A DNA stretch of 64,000 nucleotides from Nemertoderma westbladi. Lineage: Eukaryota > Animalia > Xenacoelomorpha. Each line of letters opens with the position of its first letter. Within the stretch, counting starts at the first letter, position 1. This document shows, piece after piece, positions 13,303-27,100 of this stretch. The stretch spans positions 29,522 through 93,521 of the forward strand of contig JAUCBJ010003513.1 in NCBI GenBank assembly GCA_032718475.1, given 5' to 3'. Under the pieces are notes generated by a model. The model was given only the letters and a program-made list of their open reading frames with translations, made no database searches and was not told the origin of the DNA. A program made the translations under genes and the position numbers.

Positions 13303-14329
13303 TATCGACTGTGGAAATAGAAATTTCATTCCAACCCATGAAACTTTCGAACGGCCATATCACTCTTATTTTTCAACTAAAGAGTTCGAATTGTGTTACA
13401 TATTATTTGGAATCCTTGCACGGCACGTCACTATAATGTTGAAGAATAACTGCGGTGTAACTGGTGCAATATCGACGGAGACACTCTTTTGTACTGTGTA
13501 ACTATTGATTGAAAGCTAATAAATAATAATACTGTAAAAACATATAAGTAAGTACCTGTGTTGAAAGGGGCCGCAGGTGTACCGGTACCGTCTTAACAAT
13601 GAATAATAAAACCTTTGGGGGGGGGGGGGGGGTCATTAAACAACCCCCCCCCCCCCCCCCCCCAGGACATGGTGTGTATTACGTTTCATGATTTTGTTTG
13701 AATGTGTTTATTATATTCAATAATTTTGCATTCACTATACTGTAGGTGTTATCATGATGATTATCATGATATTGTTGTTAAAGAGAAAACCTTTACATCT
13801 GTGACAAAAGTGCCCAATTTTTTTGGTAGGTAGTATTTGGTGAGTGTTTCACAGAATGTTGAACGAAATTATTTAGCTAATTATTCTAAAGAATCACGAT
13901 TAAATACTCAGCCAATCATTTGGCGAGATAAAGCAAGCTGGCTTATTAGTCTGGTACCTTACACTAGTGCCTATGTCCTATTGATGTAATTACCCGTTGC
14001 CAAGTAGTGCTGAGGTGGTTGGACTGTTTCCCAGCGCCAGCAGATAGGCAAGGCAATAGCAAGCATGCCAATGAATGACGGAGCTGGAAGTATAGAGATA
14101 CGGTGGCATTTTGATAACTTAATTACGTTTAGATCAATTAAAAACACATTTCTTAAAGCAAATCACTTGAACTAATTAAAAACTATAATGGAATGGGGTA
14201 TGGGGATTACAGCTGTATACTTTTTAAGTATAATTATTTATATCTTATACTATAAATAAGTTTACCATTTACCATAACCAACATTAATTAATTAATCATT
14301 AATTAATTAACTGAATTTATCTTACCTTC

Positions 14330-14562
14330 TCGAAGGCCAAACGAAAATACAACTTGGAAAATTTCTAAACTTTTGCCAAACAACATGTGTACCAAGTTTG
14401 GATAGATTTCATTAAGATTTGGCTTCAAATTATTAAAGTTTAAAATTTGGCATAACAGAACAACGGAATATCGGAACAACAGAATAACAGAATAACAGAC
14501 ACACCGATTGAGTTAGTGGTACCTGTATGCTAAGTTCGCTTACTTTCGTGGCTCGCCCCACA
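14330..14562 (+). mobile_element. Helentron-associated (HINE/DINE-like) non-autonomous repeat just downstream of the GCLC stop
   Basis: Core TGTGTACCAAGTTTGG, (CAGAATAA)n microsatellite and 3' segment GCTAAGTTCGCTTACTTTCGTGGCTCGCCCCA; reverse-complement copy at 63822-63900. Confidence 0.55.
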
Positions 14563-14623
14563 ATTATCGTGTACGGATCAAAACGTGACAATTATTGTCT
14601 ACTTCCCTCTTACATAAAGAACA

Positions 14624-15109
14624 TTACGTATTAGGCTTAACCTTACAAGCAGTTCCCACACCCGGATACTGTGACCCAGATGAACGCTGAACCTCAGTAA
14701 TAGAGTTCAACAGATCGTAACACACGCTCTTAGTGACTACCGAGTCCTTCTTGTACTCGGGATGTGCGAGGATACGTGACCTCATCCATTGCGCGGTGGT
14801 TGGTATGCGACCGGACGCTCTGTCCCCGACCAACTCGATGTATCCGTACAGACGACTCCGCGTCTCGGAATCCATGTCCGGCAGACCGTCGACGTACGAA
14901 CGAAGCAACCCCGCCACCCCCACAAACCCTTCCTTCTTCCCGTTAATAATCTCGTCTATTGTTAGTAATTCTTTGTCAAGACAATCGAAACCCTCATCAT
15001 GAATACTTTCAACTAAATCCTTCCGCTTATTCTCTTGTTTGCATTGAAAATAGAACTTCGAGTTGACAGCAGCTCCGCGTTTTTGGCATTCTGACATATT
15101 CTTGTGGAC
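14624..15109 (-). CDS. GCLC: GCLC exon 9 (terminal)
   Basis: tttcag|VHKNM..QKR.A...[14 protein letters not shown]....[27 protein letters not shown], then stop. Confidence 0.92.
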   Translation of the reverse strand, partial: VHKNMSECQKRGAAVNSKFYFQCKQENKRKDLVESIHDEGFDCLDKELLTIDEIINGKKEGFVGVAGLLRSYVDGLPDMDSETRSRLYGYIELVGDRASGRIPTTAQWMRSRILAHPEYKKDSVVTKSVCYDLLNSITEVQRSSGSQYPGVGTACKVKPNT

Positions 15110-18100
15110 CTGAAAATAAGTAAATGTAAAAGTTTATAATGTGATATTATTATTATTCAAATACTTATTACAGCTTGTAACACCACAGCGTTCATACAAA
15201 TAGATAATAGGGTTAGAACAATTTATTAATATATATGAAAATGTTACAAATAATTCTAGAACATTCCTTAACATAATATAGGCCTGTGCGTGGTGTGGGG
15301 ATCTCAGCCCCATTATCCACACATATCTTTATACGTTTACAGACTACTGTACACCCATAACTTATTTATTTCCCGTGTCAGTTATAACTCATGGGTTAAC
15401 AAGTTTTTTCTGGCGTCGTTGATTTAGGATAATGTTTTTTACGTCACTATAGTTACGTTTATGTTGCGTTTAACAAACGTCAGTTTTTTTAAAGTCAATT
15501 TTTTTTATAAACGTTATAATTTCAAATTATTGTATTTGAATTGTCGCACAGCCTATCAAGTCTCTCATTGTACCGAGTACCAAGGAAGCTTACGATTTTA
15601 ACCAATCAATTAATTTATTACCTGACTCATCGGTATTACGAAAGTGGTTCTCTTTGCTAGGATGACCTTGGATAACATCCACACAAATATAACGTAAGCG
15701 GCATTCTCGAAGTCGGTAATCTGGATCTCCATTGGTCTGAACTCAACTCTCCAACCATCTCGGGAATCCATCGAGGGAGGTTTCAACCTCAAAGTCTGCC
15801 AGTTAGTTGACTGTTTTATTAATAAAATACAAAATCATATATAAAAATAGATACTAAATAGCAATTATTAAATACAAACGAGACATTTCATTTATAATTG
15901 TATTTATTTTGATATTTTAATTCATCGTATAATGTACTAATCTCCTTCTAAGTACCGGTATACTGGGTTGTGATGAGATTGTATAACTTCGAAGGGGTGT
16001 TTGATCAAAGTGGTACCTGTATATTTAAGAAATGATCCATATCATTTAAGTCGTCCTGTATGAGTTTATCTTTGTAGACTACTATTGGGTCGCGGATGAA
16101 TAAATGGGCGATGTGCTGCGCCATCAAGCGATCAATTCCGGCTGTTAGCATCTGCTGATAATACCTGTAAGGGTTGGGAAAGATGCAGGAATACAAAGAC
16201 ATCTAACTACTCATGTAAGTAGGCCTACTGTATGTATCTGATTGCTTTTGATTATGTTTTTACCTAGTTAGACAGAAGAGTGCAACGAATTGTAATGAAC
16301 CCAAAAGAATAAGTAAAACGTATGGGACCTTCGGGCTGCACAGCACATGGATAGCTGGTTATCTGCATGTTCTATATTTGGATCTTACAAATTAGCAGTA
16401 ATCATCATAGAGTTGCGACATTTTTATAAAAATGTCGCGCAGTTTTATCGGCTATTATAGTAACCACGCATTGATCGTCTTCCCTTCCCTTCCGTACACG
16501 TGTCCTCTATCCTTTATTGTGTACTACTGTATGCGTGTGGCACCCATAGGCTCCCATTCTGAGCACATCGCTGTATATTATATACTCATCTACTGGTTTC
16601 ATAGCAACGTGAATCTACTTACTCCAGGGATATTAGGCAACTACTAACAATATGTTTCATAAGATTAGTTACCGTGAAATAGCTAGCTACTGAGTTTTAA
16701 TGGCATAATAATAATATTCCAATTGTTTTATGATGGAAATTTGATTGACGATATTTAAATAAATTCAGTGTTTCACAAGCTCGCTATCTGGAAAGTTTTC
16801 CAATGTTTTTTTATTGCTTTGAGTTTATACTTTATATGCAGGTGAAACATTATTTATATTATATGAAACTACATTCTCTTGTTTGATTTGGCTCAAATAT
16901 AGGCGTAGTCAGGGAAATTAATCTAAATATATTTATGCCAATTCTAGAATAATTCTGGTCTAGTCGATAAGAGGGTGTGCAGTAATTCAGAATATTACGG
17001 GTTTAGAATCAGTAATAAGATTTGAATTATTTGAATTAATAGTTAATCGACACATAAATAAATATAATATAATATTAAAAAATTATTATATATATAAAAA
17101 ATATATAAAAATATTATTATATATACAATATTATAAATAAATATATAATAAATAAATTTTATAAAGAAATACTACAGTGAGGCTGAAGGTTTATATTATT
17201 GTGTCGCCTAACTAAGTGTAACCTCTTTATGTACATTAATATATCGTTTAGTCAGAAAACCATAGATCGAACATATATTTCGGGATGAAGTTAATAATTA
17301 TAGTTTGGTCGGTTCTACTACTAGTTTTACTTTCACTATCGGAAACTAGTTGTAAGGACACCGGTGGCGTTTCAGACGAAGATACAATGTCGCCCAGCAA
17401 CGAAGCAGCGGGCACGGAAGGTAGTGATGGGGACAAGGGCAAAGAGTACGGAGCTTTTTGCAAGTATTGCAAGTACTGCAAACATTGCAAGAGTTGCGAT
17501 ATTGAGTGCGTGGATTGCGATGCGGAGGCTATTCCAGGCGCCCCCAAGCGGAAGTGCCCGGTAACCTGCAAGTACTGCTCGTACTGCAGACTGTGTTCGT
17601 TCTGTAATACCGTTTGCGACTCAGACGGTACCTTGGCGCGGTGGACCGCGATGGCGGCAGCCGCCGCCGCTAGTCTGATGCCCGCAGAAGATATCGAGAA
17701 AGATCTCCAAACCATCAAAGAGTATCTCTAGGAGAAAAGTGAAGGAACTGCTGATGGGAGGAATGGTTTCATACATAAACTGGTAGAATTTATTTCAAGA
17801 TGCTGTATTACCTGACTATTGTATTACTTATTAAGTGCAATTAATAGACGTTCAACAATCCTCTGATTTATAATTTGTATTAAATTAAATATATTAACAT
17901 TCAATTCAACACCGTAAGAATAATATCGATGTAGAAGGCCGATACCAGCTGGTGAGATTCAAATAGAAGAATCATAAAACAGGGACTTTAATTGGCCAAT
18001 TATGAAAATAACCAAAATTAAAAACGTGTGTATGAATAATGGGTAATGGTGAAAAATATCGAGACTTGAAAAATATCGAGAGTAAAAATAACGAGAGTAA

Positions 18101-21100
18101 AAATATCGAGAGTAAAAATAACGAGTGTTGAAAATTAACGTGATTAAAAAATATCGAGAGTAAAAATAACGCGAGATGAAAAATATCGAAAATAACGAGT
18201 GTTGAAAAATATCGAGTGTTGAAAAATATCGAGAGTAAAAATATCGAGTGTTGAAAAATATCGAGAGTAAAAATATCGAGTGTTGAAAAATATCGAGAGT
18301 AAAAATATCGAGTGTTAAAAAATATCGAGAGTAAAAATATCGAGTGTTGAAAAATATCGAAAGTAAAAATATCGAGTGTTGAAAAATATCGAGAGTAAAA
18401 ATATCGAGTGTTGAAAAATATCGAGAGTAAAAATATCGAGAGTAAAAATAACGAGTGTTGAAAATATCGAGTGTTGAAAAATATCAAGTGTTGAAAAATA
18501 TCGAGAGTAAAAATATTGCATTTTGCTTGAGCATTTTATTTAGAATTATGGAACAATATTGCAGTGCATGGGTTACAACAGTGCAAGTGAATAGCATTAT
18601 GTAATACACCTTGGGTACCCATTTACCAGATTTATTATACTAGCTAGTTTTTGCTATTTTTTAAATAAATATTATAAAAGACGTGCTAGCTATAAATTTT
18701 GATAAATATTATAAATATTGTTAAATATTATATTAGAACACGTACTGTATAAGCTACCAAATGTTGATAAATATTGTTGTTCTAGAACATTTTTAGTAAA
18801 AAAATTATCATACAACCCTTATTTTAAAAAATTTTTACTATCGATATTTTTACTCTCGATATTTTTCAACACTCGATATTTTTCAACACTCGATATTTTT
18901 ACTCTCGATATTTTTCAACACTCGATATTTTTACTCTCGATATTTTTCAACACTCGATATTTTTACTCTCGATATTTTTCAACACTCGATATTTTTACTC
19001 TCGATATTTTTCAACACTCGATATTTTTACTCTCGATATTTTTACTCTCGATATTTTTCAACACTCGGTATTTTTACTCTCGATATTTTTACCCTCGATA
19101 TTTTTACTCTCGATATTTTTTGAACTCTCGATATTATCGTTATTTTTCAACACTCGATGTTTTTACTCGCGTTATTTTTACTCTCGATATTTTTCATGTC
19201 TCGATATTTTTCAATATAACCGAATAATGAGTTTACTTCTAAGATAATTCATCGCCCAGGTTACGGGAGCAATCATAGTAATATAATTTGAATAGTTGAC
19301 GCATAGTTGATTACTGCTTGATAAAGGCCTGTTGACTGAAATATAGCATTATTATTATTATAAACCGATTACGTGATATAGACCACATTAAACTTATATT
19401 ACAATAATGAGTTTAATCCACGATTTAGTATAATATAATTAATACCTACAGTAATTTACCTTTCATTAATAAGCAATGGAATGTCATTATAAGTTGACCC
19501 TTCTTCAGATAAATAACTGTTGTTACAACCACAGCGACTGTTTGGTATAACAAATCGATCTTCTGACAAGGGTTCTAGCTCCCTCTCCTTCATCATAAAA
19601 AACAATAAAGAATAGGCCTACTTATATAAATAATATAAATAAATGTAGATTAATTCTTCAGTAAAGTTATTAAAGGTCCCACCTCGATGTAGTGGTTGCA
19701 TTGAATTCACATCTCTCGGAGGTCGTGGGTTCAACCAACACATGGGCCTGGGCAGTTTTCGTTTTAGCGGCCGAAGAAATTTTAGTTTAAAAATTTCACT
19801 TTAAAAACGTTTAAAATTGTATTCGACCACATGAACGGGAGGAGGGGGGGGGGGGGGGGGGGGGGGGGGTGTGGGGGGTAAATCGTTTTCATTGAATGGA
19901 AAACTCTAAACACAACAGCGTATTCCGGATGATTCCGGAATAACGCAGTATTTCACATTATTCGTTAATATAAAGCCTCCATATATAGTAATAGGCCGCC
20001 TACCTGCGGAGTTCTGTCATCCACTCCATCTACGAATACATTCCATCTCGAGTCTGTGTCAGCCAGGTAGCCCTTCCATACAGGTGAGCCGGCGCTCAGC
20101 GCCAACATTATGGGGCACAGCGGTAGCAGTTGGTCGTAAAGAAACCGAGCTTCCGTCAAACTGGGAGTCTGGAAAGTGGCCTAGGTCAGAAAAATAGAGT
20201 ACCGTAGTGTTACCCCCCATTTCTGTTACCCACCCCCCCCCCCCCCCCCCCGTCACCGATAATGATTCCTGATAGTAACCATTTTCGTTACCAATTGGGG
20301 GAAATGAGCAGGTTACAGAGACGGATTTTTCTAACCAAAACAAAATACGATGTTGTTACCAATTGAGGGGAAAGAGCAGGTTGCAGAGCCGGCTTTTTCT
20401 AACCAAAACAAAAAACAATGTGGTAGGTTACAGAGACGGATTTTTCTAACCAAAATACTAAACGATTTTGTTACAAATTGAGGGGAAGGAGCAGGTTACA
20501 CAGCCGGCTTTTTCTAACCAAAACAATAAACGATGTTGTTAACAATATCGTATATAGAAATATATTTTTGTTCCTTATAAATGCAATGTCTACTGCCTAG
20601 GCCTGTATAATAATTTGTAGGGAGATAAAATAACACGAACATGAGTGATAGTGACAATTAATACAAAGGAACATGTATTGAGAAAATAAAAACATGACTA
20701 GCCTTGGGCATATTCGAGTATTTTATTTTCTAAACAGATAATATAAGTGAATTAAGCGCATTTACCTGTAAACAACAATTTCCCGCGGCTATACCAAATG
20801 AATCCATATATATGTGATCCTCTCTGCAACGTGGGTGATCTTCTCCAAGGTCAGGATCTATGAATGGGCTTGGAGTTTGTTCATCTTTATATATTGGCAC
20901 CTAAAATAATGTTGATTAATACATGTGCGATACCGGTATAGGTACAGTAGTAAAATACTCTGTTGATGTTTCATAGTACAAGCCATTTTGCTGTACCTAT
21001 AGGAACAGTATATTTTCTTCCATTAAATGTTACTTTAGCCGATCGCGACCTCTCAATCCTTAACGAAGCAGCTACCCACCTGTATGTTAATGTTATCCTC

Positions 21101-24100
21101 TCTCCGCTTTCGTGCGTTGCTTTGCATCAATGTAAACCTCGGGTGACTCTGACAAATCGCCTCGTCTGGGAACATTATACTGTGGGATATTGATGTCTCT
21201 GGCCGTGGCAGATAATTGGGGTAGGTAAAACCCTTGCAGCCAATCAGAGGAAAGGTGGTAATCAACATATAATGTGAATTTGTATCTAAAATATTAATTA
21301 TCTCTTGGCGACGGGCAGACATACTCAATTCTGTAATAATAATATATAATGTGCTGACATGATTCAGTAAATCATAAAATATTCGTAAAGCGTTATTGTC
21401 ACTACAATTTAAATATTACGATTCTCATTGTAATAACTATTTACATACTTGTGTGTAAAGTAGCACTTACAGTGTGATGATCCGAGTGGCTTTGTTACAC
21501 GAACGAACGTTAGTGAATGAGTGAAAATAAAGCCACGAGGACCAGAACACTGTAAAATACTTTGCAACAAGTATGTATGTAATATTATTCCATAATTGTA
21601 ACATTACGAAATGATTGTATATATATTATAAGTGATTAGAAACTGCACAAATTAAATTCGTTGATGTATAAAATAAATGTACAAATGACACAATTAATGT
21701 TATAAAAAAGTTAGCTTATATTTATGGTGTCGTTTGGAACCATGTTAATAGTTTATAGCTACTGGTTATTAATAGCAATACCCCGCGTACCGGTAGGTAA
21801 TACAGTAGGCCTATCTGGCTGTCAGGCAATAATTATAAATGGAAATACCATCTTCGTCGAATACATACCTCGTATGGTAAGGCGTTATTCTAACCAAAAC
21901 AATAAATTCTGTAAATTTCAATCGTTGTCATTGAATGGGATTATTTTGAATGCATCCAGAGACCCCCTAGCCGCCCTACAAGAAGCTGTTATATCGCCGC
22001 AAACATTTAATGAGAGCAGAACGTAAGTATGGGGTACGTGATTTTATTCGCCCTCCAAGGTTGAGGGATCTAGGTTCGTACGTTAGCGACTTACCGACGT
22101 TGTGTACATTCCTTATATTTCCGATCTAAGGTTCATACGTTAGCGACTTACCGATGTTGTGTACATTCCTTATATTTCCGATCTAAGGTTCATACGTTAG
22201 CGACTTACCGATGTTGTGTACATTCCTTATATTTCCGATCTAGGTTCGTACGTTAGCGACTTACCGATGTTGTGTACATTCCTTATATTTCCGATCTAAG
22301 GTTCATGTGACGGGATCTACGGATCCCGGTTTATCCGTTGGGTTTTCTATCCACGCGTCCCCGCCGTGTGTGAAAGGTAAAAGAGTTCTGATGTTCGGTA
22401 ATATGCATAAAGGTATAATAGTCTGAGATATATAGCAGTATAGTATAGTATGACACAACAGGTAATATATAATGGCGGTAGCGGACGGTGACAGAAGTCC
22501 CCGTTCCACCCTACTGATCCGACTGAGTAAACTGAACTGATATGATTACAGGTTACTGGTTATATTGCACGGTGGCCTTATTGCTACTCAATCGATGCCT
22601 TTCCCCCCTCTGATTGGTTGATATCCCTGTTGGCACCCTTTGGAGTGTTTCCCTTCACTCCCTGTGTTCTCTCTCGGTTAGGGGTTTGGCCCCTGACCCC
22701 TATTGTGTGTGTCTCCTTTGGGGCCTATTGTCCCCGTTTACTGGGCTGACACGAGGTTGATTGGTAATCAACCTCGTGCTCCCAATATTGCTTTATGGCT
22801 CACTCTATGGGTTTGTGTTAGCGGAATTGGATAAGCTAACACTCCCCCCCATGCTATCTTCCCGGTAAGAAGATAGCATCCAATTAAAGTGCGCTACAAT
22901 TCCGCTGGAACTCGATCTATTATCGGGTCTGGGGTGGGGTTATTTTCTTGGAGTCGGCTTTCCAGGCCGCTCCCTATGGGTATGATGTCACTACCCTCTG
23001 GCGTCTCGTGTCGGGCCGATCGTGCGCTTCTCTCACACAATTTTTGTTTCCCCAACACTCTCGCCACTCTAACTTCGCTCTCTAACTCAACTCGCTCTCT
23101 CCCCACTCTTACACTCTCCCCACACCTGAATCGCACTCTAACTTCTCGCCAACAGCTCTTCTCACTATCTCCTCTCTACTCTCTGCCACTCCCTAAGGCC
23201 CTGATCTCTAATGCTACCCCTGTGCTATCATACTATCTACCTTATCTAAGGTCTAACTTGCTAACTATCTAACTTCTCTAACTCTAACTAACTCCTAACT
23301 CTACTCTACTCTCTGCTAACTCTTACTACTTTTAGCTCTAACTAAAAGCCTCTAACTTTCTACTAACTCTATCTACGTGGCGCTAACGGTGCCCACAACC
23401 ACAACCGGTACTACGTACCCTCTTACTAACTCTTTTCCATCTACATGGCGCTAACGGTGCCCACAACCACAACCGGTACTACGTACCCTCTTACTAACTC
23501 TACCTCCATCTACGTGGCGCTAACGGTGCCCACAACCTCAACCGGTACTACGTACCCTCTTACTAACTCTACCTCCATCTACGTGGCGCTAACGGTGCCC
23601 ACAACCACAACCGGTACTACGTACCCTCTTACTAACTCTACCTCCATCTACGTGGCGCTAACGGTGCCCACAACCTCAACCGGTACTACGTACCCTCTTA
23701 CTAACTCTACCTCCATCTACGTGGCGCTAACGGTGCCCACAACCACAACCGGTACTACGTACCCTCTTACTAACTCCTCCATCTACGTGGCGCTAACGGT
23801 GCCCACAACCACTCTACTACTGCTTCTACTCTGCTACTATCTTTCTAACTCTACTAACTCTCTACTATCTCTAACTCTACTAGCTGGCACCCTATGTGCC
23901 CGTCTCTACCACTGTACTCTATCTACATCTCCACCTCCACTAATACCTCTATCTACGTGGCGCTTGCGGTGCCCACAACCACTCCCTGCTACTACTTTCT
24001 ACGTGGCGCTTCCGGTGCCCACAACCCCTCTCTTACTACTTTCTACGTGGCGCTTCCGGTGCCCACAACCACTCTCTCTTACTACTTTCTACGTGGCGCT

Positions 24101-27100
24101 TCCAGTGCCCACAACCACTCTCTCTTACTACTTTCTACGTGGCGCTTCCGGTGCCCACAACCCCCCTACTACTACTCGTGGCATGACAATATGCCACACT
24201 CCCTTACCCCGCCGCCTTCTAACTTACTTACTTCTACTAACTTATCTCCTGACTACTATTTACTATCTCTTCTAACTATTATTTAATTAATTTTATTATT
24301 TATTAAATAATTATTTATATGTGGGAAGGGCGTCTCGCCCTCATTCCCACCCCCCTCAGTCCAAAATCTTGGACGACTAAACTTTCAGGTGCCCCTTCTT
24401 CCAGTAGGCACTCTCCCACTGCCCTCCTATACGTCCTCTTACTCTTCGCCACGCTCTCCCCGCCAACTCCAACTGACCAGGAATTGGCTCTCCCTCTTTC
24501 ACCACCCTAAGGTTGGGTCTCTCCACCGTCTTCCTAACTAGCTCATCTCCTGGCATCAAAATGCCACCTCTCTCCTTGTTGTCTCCCGCCGGCAGAATGA
24601 ATAGAAAGTGAAAGAACAGGCAGAACAGAAGGTAGAATAATAGTCCTATCCCTTTCCATCCTGCCTTCCTTCTCGACTTCCCCCTTGTCGGTATGCCTCC
24701 AAACTGGACCTGCGTCTCTTCCGGACACTCCTCTGGACACTCCTCTAGACACTCCTTCCGACACTCCTCCGGGCACTCCCCCGGAGTGTTGTCCTCCGGA
24801 CACCTCGCTGTCCGCTCCGCTCCATCTCCATACCGATGCTTGTTGGGAAACCTACTCTCCTCTGCCCACTTTCTTACTGTCACCTCCCTATCTGGCTCTA
24901 CTATCTCCTGCTGTTTCTCCTCTTGGTCCTCTGCGCCTGCGGTGCCTGGTAACATGCACCCTGATGTCTCTGTCACACTGCATGGGATCTTGGTTTTAAC
25001 TGGGCCGCTAAGCGTCCATCCGAACGGCGTGAGGATCGCCGTCGGGTCCCGCTGCCTGTCTTCGCCGAAGACCGTCTTCATCCTCTCATGGGCCGTCGGG
25101 CAGTCCATTCCTACTATAATGGACACCTTCCTAACGTCCACCTTTGGTATTGAGAAATCGATACCGTCCAGGAATCTGTATTGTTCGACCTCAATGTTGG
25201 TCGGTCGCCTGGCGTTGATGTTTATCGATTCGATGACGTGGATGGGGTCGATCGTCGCCCCATAGTCGCATCCCGGTGCAATCGCTGCTATCCTGCACCG
25301 CCCCATCCTCGTCTCCAGGACCTCATCTTTACTCGAGACGGTAGTTACCGCCATTCTGTTCGGCCTCGTCTTTAGCCCTATCTCTTCGGCCACCCAGTTC
25401 TCCACCAGCGTGAAGGCTGCTCCGCTGTCGACCAGCATTAACGTCGTTACTGATCGACCGCCCTCTCCTGATATCTTTACTGGTACTACCCCGAGTAGTA
25501 CTTTTCTCTTCTTCTCCTCTTCTGTCGTGCTTGTGGCCATTGCCTGGCCTCCAGTCTCGGACTCTCTAACTGCTGTCTCTCTACACTCTCCGGACCTGTG
25601 TCCTTCTACCACACATCGATGACATAGTCCGTTTGCGTCTGTGTAGGCTATACGATCTTGTTTGGGCAACGCTTGCCAGTGCTTACAACTCCTGGTCTTA
25701 TGTGTTCCATCCCGATGTAATTGACATTCGAATCCTGGATCATAGCGTTCCCTGTATAGTCCCTCACGTATCGCGCGTAGGTTTATATGTACCGATTTAG
25801 TGTTTTGGTTGTCTGTATTCGGCCTACTGGGTATATTGGGATTATGTTTATTTATGGTGTTATTTTCTTCCTGTCCCCGCCACGGTGTGGCCCTGCTACC
25901 AGCTAACTGTGGACTAGCAGTCCCCTGTGTGGCCGCATGTGGTAGTGATTGTCCTACTCTTGAGAATGGATCCATCGGATTATGTTCGGGTTTATGGCTT
26001 GTCCCCAAACTATCCTCGCTATAGACTGGGTCTGTTATTAATTCGGCTTCATAGTTGAGGAAGCTCGACATCTCTTCTAAGCCCGGTTCCGCACCCTTCT
26101 TCTCCCGTGTGGAGAAGGCTATCTTCCTCCACTTCCTTCGTAACCAGATCGGCAGTGCCTGCGCTATCGTGGTGATGTTGTTAGACGCGTTGAGTTCGTA
26201 TGGTGCGTCTAGCGTCTTTAACACGATTAACGCCTTCTCGACCTTGTTTGCAAAGGTCCTTATGCTAACGGGATTGTCCTGTAGGCCATCTGATGTTATG
26301 CCTCTCAGGGTTTGCCGGATGATCTTGGCCGGATGCCCGTATTCCCTATCTAGCGCCCGCCATGCTGTCGTGAAGCCGCCCTCGATGCCCTGGTATTGCC
26401 TCACGATGTCGTATGCTGGGCCTCCTGTATATACTTGCAGATATTTTAGGCACTCCGCCTGCGTCAAGTTCTTACTTAATATTTCGTTACTATACATGCG
26501 CCGAAACTGTAGATATTCTTCCGGCCTACTCCCATCGAATTTAAATGGTTCCACAGGTGGTAACTCGATCCTAGTTTTTAACGCATCGATCAATGTGGCC
26601 ATTCCCATCGCTTGCGCTTCTAATGGGTTCGATGGATGTTGTATAGACTCCCCTATTGGGTGCGGTCCGTCCGTCCTATCTGTTGTTGATTTAATTTGTT
26701 GCGTCGGATATATCATTGGGGGTAACGGCCCCCTCCATATTTCCGTGTCGCACGATCTGTTCTCGTCCAAGGGGTTCGATGTTCTCGCTCCTATTGGGGT
26801 ATATTGTTGATATTGTGATGGGGGAATGTCACCCTGTCCCCTTCCCACCGGTATGTTTAGTACTGGGGTTGATGTTAATATATTGGGGCCCATACATCTA
26901 TCTGCAATAATCCCCCCCCCCCCCCTGGATATATGTTGTGTCCCTGGAAATTATAGTCATGCTGCTGTACCGGTACCGATATAGGCCTATTCACTTCTTG
27001 CCTACCTACCGGTATGTACTCCGCGACTTCTGGGTTTAATCCCGTCGTCCGCGCTACCCTATCGCCTACTCTATCTCTCCCAGCATGGCCTATAATAGTA

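Noticed and set aside
13616-13663. G-run/C-run hairpin and other long G homopolymers
   Set aside because: Common in the local repeats; lengths may be sequencing artefacts and no specific function is supportable.
17972-19227. Hydrophobic repetitive ORFs
   Set aside because: Translations of the foldback arms.
23445-24286. Thr-rich mucin- or env-like ORF in the LTR element
   Set aside because: Antisense to the element, made of 66-bp repeats and lacking a signal peptide.
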